Below the pieces are notes generated by a model. It was not told the origin of the DNA, ran no database searches, and saw only the letters and a program-made list of their open reading frames with translations. A stretch of 64,000 nucleotides of DNA from Anthoceros angustus (lineage: Eukaryota; Plantae; Anthocerotophyta). Where the stretch lies: positions 744,001 through 808,000 of the forward strand of contig MU008165.1 in the NCBI GenBank assembly GCA_010909165.1. Reading direction: 5' to 3'. Position numbers and translations under genes: made by a program. Shown here one piece after another: positions 34,965 to 48,059 of this stretch; position 1 is the stretch's first letter, and every line of letters begins with the position of its first letter.

Positions 34965-36960
34965 ATGGAGAGTGTGAAGATGTACGTCGATGACCGGAGG
35001 ACGTGGTGAACGAAGAGCATCCGGAGGAAGGTCATCTCCATATATTTCACCAAGAGAGTTGCGAGCGACACGGAGGAATCAACTGCGAGAAAGAAGTCTG
35101 AGAGAACGACGCTACCGAGGGAGGAAGAGGATTTTGTGCCTTCACCGACGCACTTGAAGAAGAAGATTTTGCACTTCATGGAAGGTGAAGAGTTGGAAGA
35201 ACCAAGAAGGGACAAATGATCCGTGAAGTACGGAGTGCGACACATTGGAGAGGACAGCCTACGGAAGTCCTAAGACAAAGAATCGACGCATCCTGTGAGG
35301 CATACGCGTAGGTGTACCAACGGAAGGTCGCGGCGCCAATTGCTCGCTGAGAGACACCCAGGGGTGGTGTCCAGCCTGTCACCGCTGTTGGGAGCGGCGC
35401 AAGGGGTGCAACACCGGACAACAGGCCCAACATGAGTGGAGTTGGTGCAATGAGGCACCACCAGAGGAGGAGGTGGCTCATTGCGCCACATAGTCGGCAG
35501 ATGTGAAGTTTGGAGACAAGAAGAAGGGAGACGATGCGGAGGCTTTTATTCGCACGCTTGAGCATGTCTCTCATGCTAATTTAGAGGATTCAGCGGACCG
35601 CTTTAATTTTTCCGGGTTTGTTAAGAGGACAACAAAGGGTACAAGAGGGACGTATGGGACCGCACCACCGCGATTGGGAAGACTTCAAATCGAGTTCCTA
35701 ACAAGGTTTAGAGGGTTGAGTCATGGACATCATACATTGGCGAGATTGAGGACTCCGCAGGAGAAAGAAGGAAACGATGATTACGTGGAGAGGTTCTACG
35801 CCTACTTGGATCGCTCCAAGGTGTAGACCGCTTGTTCCGAGGAGGTCCTACCAGGCTATCTGATGAGCGATTGGTTTGTAAGTGGGTTGCCCACTAAGAT
35901 GGATGTTTACATCGGAGAGGAACGACTACGCCGCAAGGAGCATTGAAGTTGGCTGAAGATTACGAGGAGCTTGGTCGTCAAGGAAGAAGCGGAGGGAGCA
36001 TGGGAAGCATAAGGAGGCAGATCCTCCTTCTCCTCGTCCTCTCATTCTTCGCCCTCTTCACAGTCAGACACGGAACAAGGAAGTGCTGCATCAGAGTCAC
36101 CCACGGATGAGGAGTCGACAGAGCCTACGAAGGAGAATGAAGAAGGATTTGGAGAAGATCTGTAAGAAGAGAAGAGGCCGAGCGCCAAGCGGAGAAAGAC
36201 AAGAAGGTAAAGGAGCGCACGAATGGAGAGGAGCAACGCCACGATGTGTGGTGGAGGTCTAAACAACCAAATTGAGGCTTTGACAAGGAGATTGACGAAT
36301 TGGAGGTCAGCAAACTAGCCTAGGAGATCTCCTTCACCGCGCTAGTGTATTGTTCGATCCGTCACCAATCGTGCCATACGAATCGAGAGTGTGTCAAAGC
36401 GCCAAGACATGCAACAACTGTAGAAGCCTACACCGTGACTACCGGTATGTTGATGAAGCTTACCAAGTACAAGCGGTGATGGAGGACGACCACCGCAGCC
36501 AATGAGGCCAACTTACCAACCGGCGCCTTCGTGGATGCGCTATAGTTCACGACCAGTTTCACCAGGACCGTGGAGGCCGGATCCTTCACAACGTCCAATG
36601 TCTGTTCCTCAGGGATGTTGTTTTAACTGTGGAATGCCAGGTCACTATGCGACAGACTGTCCAGAACCTCGACGGCAGGTAGGCTATGTGCCCTTCTGCC
36701 AGGTATGCAAAGAATTGGGGCACAAAGTGGGAGATCCAAGGTGCCCAGGAGTGTTACGTACTGTGCCTATACGGCCAGGAGTCAGAATCACCGAACCAGC
36801 AACGGAGACAATCCCCATCAACACGGAGACGGCCATCGCGGTAGCTAACACGCCGGTGTTGACGGGAGGCGGAAGAAGAAGAAGAACCACAAGAGGCTTT
36901 GCAGTCTACTGTGGATTGTGGAGGAGGGATATGCAGGAGAAGTAAGTGATGGAGAAGATC
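34965..36960 (+). pseudogene. gag: Gypsy Gag with two Zn-knuckles, frameshifted
   Basis: 'KFGDKKKGDDAEAFIRTLEHV' capsid-like segment (35503); 'CFNCGMPGHYATDC' and 'CQVCKELGHKVGDPRC' in ORF 36502-36945; followed by a (GAA)n poly-Glu tract at about 37003-37039. Confidence 0.8.
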
Positions 36961-37479
36961 CCTTGGTGGCTAGGGTCACCACACGATCCGAAGGAGAGAA
37001 GGAAGAAGAAGAAGAAGAAGAAGAAGAAGAAGAAGAGGAAGGTGCGCGAGGATTCACCTTGGCCACCGAGATGAGACAAGGGACACCTAATCCGGTGTTG
37101 GAGGAGGATGACCGGAAGGAGAGTCCAACGAGGTTACGAGGCGAGAGGAGACTGAACCACTCGCGGAGGGAGGTGGAGACCCTACGTTTCCACGCATACA
37201 TCGCAAGGAAGTTCGTGATGTTGGAAGATGAATCGAGGAGGTCAATGATCAAAAAGGTCTCTTTGCTGAATCTGCAGTGAGTGACCCGTGGAAGACAAGG
37301 AGCAAGGAGAGGCGCCGAGTGAGGAACAACCAAGAGAGGGCGTTGTTGCGCCTCGCTAGTACCGAGACCGCAAGAGGGGTTCTAGCATCAAAGATTTCTA
37401 GCTGCGCTACTTGATCAAGAGTTTGTAGTGAGCTTGAGACAGCTCTTGGCGGAGTCCAAGATCGAGGAAGATCGTGAAG

Positions 37480-40400
37480 GAGGCGATACGGGGATACCAG
37501 AGCCACTAGAGGTAAGGAGCATGCAAGTGGAAGTTAACGCGGTGGAGCTGGTTGATTGTGGAGCCCCCGAGATTGAGATTGAGATAGCAGGGTGTTTAGT
37601 GCCAGATGTCCCTTTGGACACGGGATCTGGAGTGAATTTGATGACCGAAGAGACAGCACATCGACTTGGGTTTACGGAATTCAGTCCCATTCGTGTCTTC
37701 TTACGAATGGCGGACCAGACCAAGAGAAAGCCTTTGGGGGTGCTGCGTAACATCCCCACGGTGATTGGAGGTATTACCTTCAATCTGACCTACATTGTGA
37801 TGAGACCAGTTACGGACTTGGGGTACAAGGTACTTCTTGGGAGGCCGTGGCTGTATGGGACAGTTTGCATCTTTGATTTTGGGAGGCGTGGAGTTACTGT
37901 CGAGCAGACAGTCCCGCAAAGACACAGATCGTGGAGCGATCACCTTACGAAGGGGAGAGACCGAGTCTCCTGTGATACACTTGAGCAGGCAGAGTTCCCG
38001 GAGTAATTTACCAAGGACCAGCCAAAGCAATGAGATGGTGTATGGGGACAGGGATCCCATGTTTTCATCCGACGCATCGGGAGGAAGAAGATTTGGAGGA
38101 TGAGGAGCACCGAGAGGGTGCCGCCTTTTGAAGGGTCACGCCTACGATCACGACTTTCCGGAGGAAGGATCAGCACGAGTGGGCGAGCCTGAAGGAGTTT
38201 ATGTAGACCCCGACGCAAAGGGAGGACATGGAGTTGAAGCCGGGCAAAAGTGTGAAAGTTTCCAAGTATCTCACCGAGAGCGAGAGAGGAGTTGAAGGCC
38301 TTACTAAGGAAGTACATAGATGTATTTGCCTTTAAGGTCACCGATATGAATTCTGAAGAGCTAGGAATCCATCGCATTGACCTCAAGGAGGGAAGCACGC
38401 TCCGAGTGAAGCAAGACTGCCTCAATCCCAAGTACTCCATGGTTGTGAAGGACCAATTGGACCAAGAGAGGTGATTTATCCGGTTCTCACCGAATGGGTG
38501 GCGCCCATCGTGGTGGTTCCCAAGAAGCAACAAGGCAAGGTTCGTGTTTGTCAAGATTTCGTGAGGCTCAACGGCGACGAAGAAGGACCACCATCCACTA
38601 CCCTTCATGGATAGCGCTTTTGGACACGGTGGTCATGAAATGTACAGCTTCCTAGATGGCTATTCGTTACAATCAAATCACGCCACGCAAGGAGGATCAA
38701 GACAAGACCACTTTCACCACGGATTGGGGACGCTTGCTCACGCCAAGCTTCCATTCGGACTGCAATGCCCCGCAACTTTCCAACGAGTGGTAAACAGATC
38801 TTTAGAGATTTTCTTCGCAAGTTCATGGAAGTGTTTCTTGACGATTTTGTGTCTTTGGGAGGCAACACTCACATTGGGAACATCCGGGCGGTGTTTTCAA
38901 CGCTGTGTGAGACCAACCTAAAACTTCACCTGTGGAAGTGTTTTTCGGGATGACGGAGGGATTCTCCTCGCTCATCGAGTTTCAAAGACGAGACTCCAAG
39001 TGGACATGGAGAAAGTCAAGGTGATCGCAGAGATGGATGCACCTGACAACAAAGTGTCGAGCTTTCATAGGGTTAGTCGGCTATTACAGGAGATTCACAA
39101 AGATTTTGCAAAGAAGGCAGTCCTAACCCAAATTTCACAAAGAAGGACGTAGCATTTGAGTGGACAATGGAAAGAGAAGAAGCGTTTCAACAACTAAAGA
39201 GGAGTTTGGTGAGGCACCCACCTTGAGACCACCAATTGGGAACAGCCATTTCACGTACGTGGATGTGTCACAGATGCGCTTGGGGCTATTCGAGCCGAAG
39301 GACGAAGAGAAGAGGGATCATCCTATCTTCTACGGGCAGTTGATCGACGCGAGAGAAATTACTCTCGAGAGGGAGGCGTTGGGAATCATCTACGCATGCA
39401 AGAAGTTTCGCCACTACCTCTTGGCCCGCAAGGTAACCTTCCACGTTGATCATTTTCTCAAGTACCTAGTGAACAAGCCGGATTTGTCGGGAAGAATTGC
39501 TCGATGGATTCTTTTCGCAAGAGTTTGATTTTGATGTTGAGACGCGAGCGGTAAGAGACACATCAACGCGGATTTCATCTCGAGGTTGAGAACAATCGAA
39601 AGGTCCGGAGGCGGACGATAGGTTTCGACGAGGAGTTGGTCGCGACAACCACCGAGGATGAAGAGGAAGTTACGCAGGGTCGATAGTGAGCCCCGCAGAA
39701 GAGCAGCAGGCGAGGTGTACAGTGTGGTCCACCACCGGATCCTAATCCGGCAGAGGAAGTTCGATCGACTTCGTGGACAATGACGGAGAGACGCCTAACG
39801 GCGAGATAGCGCAGCAGGCGAATCGTGGGAGGACGTGCCATGAGTCCTCAACCAAGATCAGCAAGGAGCCGTGGCCACGGGCGCAACGCCGCGCCTTTCA
39901 AGGGATAGAGAAGGGCGACCGTGCAAGGCGCTTGCTAATGGGAGAAGTTCAAGATTCTGGAGTTAGGAATCATGCCCAATGGATTGAGTAGGGAAGGACG
40001 AGCGCTTTTTTCATAAGGTAGCCTCATCGCTTGAGGAATGGAATCTTGTACAAGATGGGGGCGGATGAGAAGATACGAAGGTGTCTGGAGCTGGAGAGGC
40101 AGTTTTGGTGATTGAGGCTTTACATGCGGAGGAGGCAGGGGGTCATTACTCGGGTCACGATTAAGAAGATTTTGGATACAGGCTTTTGGTGGACTACCAT
40201 GCAACGTGATGTTTGGGATTCTATTAGGAGATGCGACGCGCGGGGGTAGGAGGCCGACATCGCCCACACGGCCATCGACCTACATTCGCCACTCGCCTTT
40301 TGAGAAGTGGGAATCGACTTTGTTGCCCACCTACCGTGGACTTAAGCAATACATATTGGTGGCCACCGACATCGCACCAAGATGGTAGAGGCGGAGGCGA

Positions 40401-41110
40401 CAAGGAAGGATGACGCCCGAGTAAAAATTTTTGTTTGAGAACATCATCACACGTATGGTTGTCCCTTGAGTTGGTGAGTGACCGAGGAACTCACTTCTTG
40501 AACATCATTGAGTCGTTGACCAGCTACTTCAACATACGACACCGCAAGACAACGCCTTACAACCCAAGGCAAATGGCCTCACGAGAAGACCAACGGATTG
40601 TGGGTACCATTTTGACTAAGGTGATCACACATGTATGATCGGGACACGAAGCTTCATTCAAAGACTTTGGGCATATCGGACCGAGAAGGTAACCACAAAC
40701 GAACGCCTACTATCCGACCTACGGATGTCACCAGTTACCAATTGAGTTTGAGATTCCAACACATCGAATCATGGAGGACGTAAGGATGACGTGGAGGACA
40801 CCAAACACAAGCGATTGGAGGCTTTCGCGACTTATGAGGAGGACCGAGAAGAGGCACTTGAGGAGACCTACAAGATCCAAGAACAACGGAAGCATCGACA
40901 TGACGGAAGCTTCAAAGAGAGAAGTGATTGTGGCTGGAGATTTTGGTGTTGCCGTATGACGATACTTAGATTTTCCAGAAAGTTGAGATTGAGGTGGATG
41001 GGACCCTACAAGGTTGAGGAGGTGTATGAGAATGGGTCTCCCACCGCGAGTCTTGGATGGAGACCTCAACGCGAGTGAACTCGGAAGGTCAAGAAGTATT
41101 TTCACTTGAG
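37480..41110 (+). pseudogene. pol: Gypsy Pol: protease, RT, RNase H, integrase (frameshifted)
   Basis: PR 'LDTGSGVNLM' (~37612); RT 'HEMYSFLDGY' and 'FMEVFLDDF'; RH 'EREALGIIYACKKFRHYLL'; INT 'ILVATD', 'ELVSDRGTHFLN', 'TTPYNP'; GPY/F 'RWMGPYKVEEV'. Confidence 0.92.
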
Positions 41111-41132
41111 TCCTTGTTTGCGTGACGCAAAC

Positions 41133-41145
41133 AAGTGGGAAGGGG
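41133..41145 (+). other. Polypurine tract of the Gypsy element
   Basis: AAGTGGGAAGGGG followed by CA and the 3' LTR TG at 41148. Confidence 0.8.
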
Positions 41146-41147
41146 CA

Positions 41148-44100
41148 TGTGGAACGCCAAATTTTGGGTCCACTTGCTAGAAGAGGGGATGCCTCTTAGT
41201 TTTGTTCATATTAGTTAGGTTTTATTTTTCTTTTTCTTTTCTCACCAATGCATCGACGGAAGACAAGAAGAAGTGTGAGTTGAGAAGCGGGACAGATTTG
41301 CGCCCCCAATCGACGGATGAAAGGAGGAAAACGGATTCAAAATGGGTCCAACCTAGAAAGGACGAGGTCCTGGACGGGAGGTCCGGAAAGACAGAGGGAG
41401 GTTCAAGAAGGCCGAACCGCAGAAAGGAGGGTTGGTGCCGGCCTAGTGGCGGCGCCAGTCACCCCCACCCGCATACCGACATGCACGGAGTAAGGTTCTT
41501 ACTCCTGGAAGACGCGCCAGCGAGAGGTCTTGGTCAGCGCAAATTCCAGACAGCGCGAGGTTGAGGTGCAGAGCGGAGGAGGAAGAGAGGAGGAAGAGGC
41601 AAGACTAAGGAGGAGCGATGCATATATAGAGAAATCATCCTTGGCCGGAGGAGGAAATCAGCCCTTGGCCTTGAGGGTTTCGGACAAAGGGAAGACGACC
41701 GGGCGGGTTAGGGTCATGACGCGCGACCTTTGCATGTCTGCTGATTTTTCTTCCTTGGCTTTGGCAATTGGAATGGAGAAATTTCTTCCTTGGCCTTCGT
41801 GGTTGAGGAATTCCTAACGTCAAGGGAAAAGGTCCTTGGCCTTGGACAGGGAAATTTCGTCCTTGGCCTTTGGGTGTGGAAAATCCTCCTCACCCTATAT
41901 ATGGGGCAGGGGAGCGTTTAGCTCATTTCAGTTGGTCAGGAGGACTGAAGGACGGAGCGACAGAGGCAGAGGATGACTGAGAACACTTAGAAGAATTTTG
42001 AGGAGAAAATCGATCGTAAACAGGAAGGATTTTGGAGAAGACCGCGCAGTGGAACGGAGATGAAGACGCGCAACAGCCCTGGAGGAGTGCGCAAGGCGTC
42101 CAGCAGTAAGGAGGGAGCGAGCCCACAACAAGGAGAAGAAGAAAGAAAAGCGGTGAAGGAGAAAGACGGATCCGCCGAGAAGGAGGGGCCGGATTTTGTA
42201 GCAGCAAGTCTCCTCCGAGACTTATGGGATTTTCGACAGGGGTCAATGAAAATGTGCAGCCAAAGGGTTTACGATAGGCATTGGGCCTATTCTAATGTGG
42301 AATTGGTTGAGTCTTGCTACAGCAGAATCGACGGAGGAGAAACGATCGACAAAGGAAGGATTTTTGGAGAAGTTAGCCGCGTAGGAAGATGAAGACGCGC
42401 AATGCCGGAGGAGTGCGCAAGGCGTCCAGCAAGGAGGGAGCGAGCCCACAACAAGGAGAAGAAGAAGAAAGAAAAGCGGTGAAGGAGAAGCCCGAGAAGC
42501 CGAGAAGGAGGGGCCGGATTTTGTGTTTCAGTGCAAGTCTCCTCCGAGACTTATGGGATTTTCGATAAAGGTCACGAAAATGTGCAGCCCAAAGGGTTTA
42601 CGATAGGCATTGGGCCTATTCTAATGTGGAATTGGTTGAGTCTTGCTACAGCACTCGAATCGACGAGGGAGAAACAGAGGACTGACGGAGAGGAACGCGA
42701 CAGATCCCGGGATGGATGCCCAAAGACATTCGAAGGTGTATGGGAGGCCGAAACCGAGAGTGATGGGGTGGCTCTACGAGAGGAATGAAGATGGAAGAGA
42801 GAGCAGTGGTAGACCTTCCCGAGGAAGCTCTCAAAGATGCTCATCGGAGGGATAGACGCCAAGACGCTGAATGGCCGGAGGATGATAAGATTGCGACCTC
42901 AAGTGGAAGCTTTTACAAGGATAGTTTTTGACTCACCGAACCACCTACTTGATTGCATTCTTTCATTTCATGTGGAAGTCAAGCAAGGAGCTCACCGACT
43001 GGGGACAACCATGTCAAGGCCTATGAGCATCACCGAGACAAGCGAGGCCAAACATTGTGGATAATGAGGGGCGAGGCACACCATTTGAGTACTTACCTTG
43101 TGCTTGTGGGGGCACATGGGTTATCGATAAGAAGAGCTGGAGGAATCTTACCAGCCATTTGAAGTGGTCCCTCCGAGGGGATGACAGGGTCCCTCTCCTA
43201 AGAAGGTGAAGAAGGGAGGAGGAACCCAAGGTGGAGCAAGGAGTGCTTCACCTCGTGTGGTGATCTTGGATGATGAGACCACCCCGGCCCCGACGCCAAG
43301 GAAGGAGAAGTGCCTGCCGTCTGTGGGAGACAGTGGCACAAGAGGAAGAGATGGCAGTGCCACCATGTGTGGAGGCAACCCCATGGAGCGGTGGTGGATG
43401 TAACCCACCCTGTGAGATGACCGAGTCACGGAGTTCCACCCAACATCGCCAGAGTGGAGAGACCGCCACCAAGAGAAAGGCGCTGAGTCACCCTGTGAGG
43501 GAATGAGAAGACAAAGGCTTTGAAGGACGACCATCCGCCGCCTAATTGACACTCCATTAGTGAAGCAAGCCTCAGGAAGTAGAGGAGTTGAGGTGAGCCG
43601 CTGCCGTGACATGCCAAGCGATTGCCCTACGTGGGGAGAAGGATAGCAAGGCTATCAAGGAGATGGCGCAGCAAAGGCGCCTAGTTGACCGAGAGAAGGT
43701 TGGGGCTCAGAAGATTGAAGAACAAAGGTGAGACAAGAAAGTAGGGAGCGAATGAAGGAAGTGGCTACCTCAACCGTAAAATTGAGGAGACCGTCCGATG
43801 TGGGAAGGAGTGGCAAGCTCTCGCCTTCAGCCGAGAAGAAAGAATAGGGACGATCAAGACTGCCCCGGGAGGCCGAGGCCAAGCCAAGAATGAAGAATCG
43901 AGGCCAAGCTCAAGGAGCTGGAGGAGGAGCCACATGGAGCAAGGAGCGTGAGGAGCTCCTAAAGCAAGCAACGGAGGTCGACCAACGGTGGAAGGAAGAG
44001 GTAGCCCACCGGAGGAAAATGATGCATCGATGTCGGGTCGTCAGAAGCAACGCCCAGCCGATTATGCATGGCGCAAGGGATGGAGGCATGGAAGAGATGC

Positions 44101-45797
44101 AGAATGTCACTCTGACCGTTTGAGTGAGGTGACGCTTGAGAGGGATGCTATGGTAAGATAGCCTCGGAGAGTGGCCCGAGGAATTTGATGAGATTTGTTT
44201 GAAGGGCCGGAGATGCGTCCACTTACATGCTAGGGTCAACAAGTTTGCCAAGGAGATGCGTTCCTTGTTGACAAGGAAGTTGTTGGGTCCCCACGATGAC
44301 GATGGAGATTTTGGAAGAATTGCGACCCTCAGATTCGGGACTTGAGAGTGAAATGGATGCGAAGGCTCAATGGGAGGAGCCAATGGAAGAGGAAGAGATT
44401 TCCAGCAGTAGAGTTGGTGGGGTGTCCGCGGAGTGAGCCGCACCAACACCCAACCGCCTGAGGTAATTGCGCGGGACAGACACTAGAGAGGCCAAGGCTC
44501 TACAAGAGCGCCACAAGAGGAAGAGGTAGCCCACCAAATATCAAGCCGAGACAGTGTGGAGGTTCCCGCCGCGACGACGAGTGAAGAGATCCGGACGGGA
44601 GCCCCCAAGCCAAGAGGAGGAAGATGGTGGTTGGGCCAACACCCAAGAAGAAGTAGGCGATAGTTGGTAGGGGAGTGAATGGGTCATTAAGACCCCTAGG
44701 GGTTAGTGGGATTGTTAGGAGGTAGGTTAAGAACCTTTAAGAGGCCACCTACTTAAAACCGTAAGCAACCCCACCTACCCCACCGACTTAATTAATGCTA
44801 GGGTTTGGGGAGCTCCTATAAGAGGGGAGGAGCTCCCATAATAAAATGTCATGCCTTGCTCTCCGACTGTGTGCTTGTCTTGCTACACAAGCGCGTGCCG
44901 ACCGTGTGAGGGTGCATGGTGTCCGTAGGGTCTTGAGGTGCGGTGACTGTGGTGAGGGCGGCCCCAAACCTTTCTTTCCGGAGGTAGCACCGGGTAGTGC
45001 TCGAGCGTGAGGGAGCGCATTGTGGTTGCGTGGCGGTCGCGTGAAGGAAGACCCCTAGCAAAATCCAAAGACGCGGACGCCGCAGCCAAATGTCCGCCTA
45101 GGTCCGTGAGGGCAATGCCCTATGATCTCGAGGCGCTGGGGAGGCTGTGAGGGCCAGATAGTTAGCTAGGAAGAGTGGAAGAGGTAGATTAGAGAAGAGA
45201 GGAGAAGAGAGGAGAAAGAGAGAAAGAGAAAGAAAGAGAGAGCGAGAGAGCGAGAGAGTGAGAGCGAGAGAGGACGAGAGAGGAGCTAGAGAGGATAGGG
45301 AGCAAGAGAGGAGAAGGAAGGAGCAAGAGAGAAAGAGAAAAGACAAAAAGAGAAGAGAGGAGGAAGAAACCTAGAAAGAGAGGGAAGGTGAAATTTCAAG
45401 GGTCGTGATAAGAGCTTGAGGGGCGGCCCCAAATTTGTCATGAGAAGGGTCTTAGGGAGTGTAGGAACTGCTGGTGGGAGGATTGCCTTGTCACGGTGAT
45501 TTGGGTCCCAAGGTCGCCACGCAGATTGGGCGGTGCCTCTCATGACGTAGGTCCGCTACCGACGAGTCATCGCGTAGGGTAGTGTGACTTACCGAGGGTG
45601 GGTCACCGTGGTGGCGCCCGTAGGAGGGGCAAGTACCGGGCGCCTGTGACGGAGTCGAGCCGAGAGGTCGGCCGTGAGGGCGCACCTCCATCCGGGAAGG
45701 GCTCTACCCTTCGTGGAACGAAACCTATTGTACGAACCGACAAAGGGGATAAGTGTGCCGCTGGTCGAGGTTCCGGGTCCCGGAACCTCCCACCACG
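41148..45797 (+). repeat. Gypsy 3' LTR (~4.65 kb) with an internal ~335-bp duplication (about 42002-42675) and a second copy of the accessory ORF
   Basis: Collinear with the 5' LTR; the block GAAGATGAAGACGCGC...GAGTCTTGCTACAGC is present twice here and once in the 5' LTR. Confidence 0.92.
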
Positions 45798-47358
45798 TAT
45801 ACACCGAGCCTCACAAGTACATGTTGTTATGTATCGATGGCATGGATCGAAAAAACATCCTTACCGCATACTTAGATGGCCTAAGGAGCTAAAGGAAGAC
45901 CGTGTTATCGTCCATGTGGTGGGGTGTATGATCCACAATCACACGTTCAAGTCGGCGATTCTACCACGCAAATTTGGAATGATGCTAATTTAACCATATG
46001 CATTATCCAAGATGTGATACATACATATGTTGGCTTACTTCCCAAGGTTCTATATTTGCAACTGGACAACACATGTCGGAGAACAAGAATCAACTGCTTG
46101 CTTATCCGAATATGCTCGTGGAGCGGGACTTTGAAAAAGTGAAGGTGGGCTTTCTTCTTGTAGGTCACACACATGACCAGTGGACCAAATGTTCTCGTGT
46201 TTTTCCAAACATTTGAAGCACAAAGAGGCAAAAACTCTTCCGTCATGCGTGATATATTGAGCAAGGCTTTCACGCCAAACCCGTAAGTGAAGGTCCCGAC
46301 CGAGGTTCCGATCCGTTCTTTCGTCGGCCTTTGAAAAAGCCGCACGGAAGTTTAAAGTCGGGTTCGCAAGCTAAACAATCTATCATACCAACACCAATTC
46401 AAAATCACGCGGGAGGAAAAGTCAGGCAGGGGTAAAGTAACCATTATTCGGAGTAAACAGTATTCGACCTCACCGTTATGGGAAACAGAAGATGGGCTGG
46501 AGTTCTTGTCTTTTATTCCAAATGCTGAGATTGGACCTACAACCCTGCTAGCTCTACAGGCCAAGGACAAGAAAGGCAGTGATGGAAGCCTCACAGCACG
46601 AGATGGAGTAGACCACTTAAGGAAGGGTTTGCAAAAACTGTCAACATATCTAACCGCGGTGAGGAGGAGTGGTGGAGTGACTTCTGGGAGGATCAAGAGG
46701 AGATCGCAACTATTGTGGACAATAACATTGGCCTTTGTCTGAAAAGACAGTGGAAGTGGTATGACAGATCTGCAGCAGATGCACTTGTACCACCTGTGCA
46801 GGTTCCGGAGGAGGCTATATTGGACGAAGCCTTATTGCGAGACGTGCCTCAACGGGACATGTACTTGGGTGCTTACCAGAGTGTGGAAAGACGGGAACAA
46901 GAGGTCGAGCGGATGAATGGTGACATCATGGAGATAAAAAGGTATGTTTATTGTCACCTTGTGAGGGGACACTCAGGGCATTCGGGTTGCAAAGGTCTTG
47001 AGTGTGCACATGACCGATGACCCCTACTTCGTGCACTGGTGGCGAACCGAGCACAGATGCATACGAGGGCAAGTATGTCGGAATACTTTGTTAGGACCGG
47101 AGGACAGAACTACCTCCTACCAACAAAGGTGCAAAAGCATGGAAGCCTCCCAACATTCGTTGTTTGTCCATAAGACATCATTGTACTATGGGTTCAATCT
47201 CACTTCTAGGAAACATCAGACGTGGGATAAAAAGCTATCAAAGAGAAGTTAAGTGCCCTCCGTCCCCATCTTCAACCCCGCACTCCTCATCGGTGGACGA
47301 GGATGATGGGGATGACGCAGTCTTGGGCATGGAGAACCCGGCGGTCTCGAGTCGGTGA
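45798..47358 (+). pseudogene. Sola-like (DUF7869-type) DDE/D transposase, 3' part with catalytic core
   Basis: 'EPHKYMLLCIDGMD' (~45833-45847), 'HVVGCMIH', 'LPKVLYLQLDNTC' (~46056-46070), frameshifted 'ENKN', 'FEKVKVGFLLVGHTHD..DQMFS' (~46163-46190). The DGMD / LDN / GHT...D pattern is characteristic of this transposase group. Confidence 0.72.
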
Positions 47359-48059
47359 GGAGTGAATAACCGAACGGCTTCAAATATATTCCACATGGTC
47401 GCTCCTAAGAACTTATGGCGCAACCCTTTGTAACACCCTTTGCGATGGCATGCCGCACTCCTTCCGCACCACATTTTGTGCGTCTATTCCTAGTGGCCCC
47501 TTCCATTGTCACCGGGCCCGCCATGGCTCTGCTCGCTTAGTGGAATTCGTTTAATGGTGGCGCCAACCCAATGTTTCCGTGAAACTTGGCCTTTCCAGCC
47601 AAGATGCCAAATTGTGGTTTTGTTGAGGGTTCACAAGAACATGGTACACTACAAGAGATTTCTCCGCTCACACGGATATCAAAACCATGTTGGACATGGT
47701 GCTGTGGAATGGCTAAGGGCCTTTGCCATAGGTGATGCGATGGCATGCCGCCATCGCTGCGCTGTGTAGTTTCCTCACCTTTCTACCATAGAGGAACCGA
47801 CATTTTCCATACCTTGCCACCGTAAATGTGAACCGGATGCAAAAGTGGCTTCCATTCCCTTCACTATAAGACAATATATTGTAAACAACATCGGGTTTCG
47901 GATCCCAGACAAAGGAGTGTGTGCTAAATCATTGCAAACCCCTGGGGAATGTCCCCACCTGACCCTTTTTGGCGCTGGTGCTCCTGGTAAATTTGAAGTA
48001 GAATGTGATTTTGACCATAATTTTGAACACATTATCCGCGACTACATACATGAACAGCG

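Larger units (their letters stand above)
30553..45797 (+). mobile_element. Full-length Ty3/Gypsy LTR retrotransposon (non-chromovirus-like, tRNA-Asp primed), ~15.2 kb, degenerate
   Basis: Paired LTRs starting TGTGGAACGCCAAATTTTGGGTCC (30553, 41148) and ending CCTCCCACCAC(A/G); PBS, PPT and gag-PR-RT-RH-INT order present; flanks GATAC (30548-30552) and TATAC (45798-45802) fit a 5-bp TSD with one mismatch. Confidence 0.95.

Noticed and set aside
37003-37039. (GAA)n microsatellite as an independent feature
   Set aside because: It is an in-frame poly-Glu linker between Gag and protease.
39600-41147. Additional archaeal-type RNase H, chromodomain or env in the Gypsy element
   Set aside because: No such motifs recognised; the integrase ends with the GPY/F module just before the PPT.
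45098-45543. Leu/Ser-rich membrane-like ORFs on the minus strand
   Set aside because: They are translations of the GA-rich LTR tract.
47480-47760. SWIM-type zinc finger
   Set aside because: Only a loose 'SCSVPCSC' resemblance; the CxH half could not be found.
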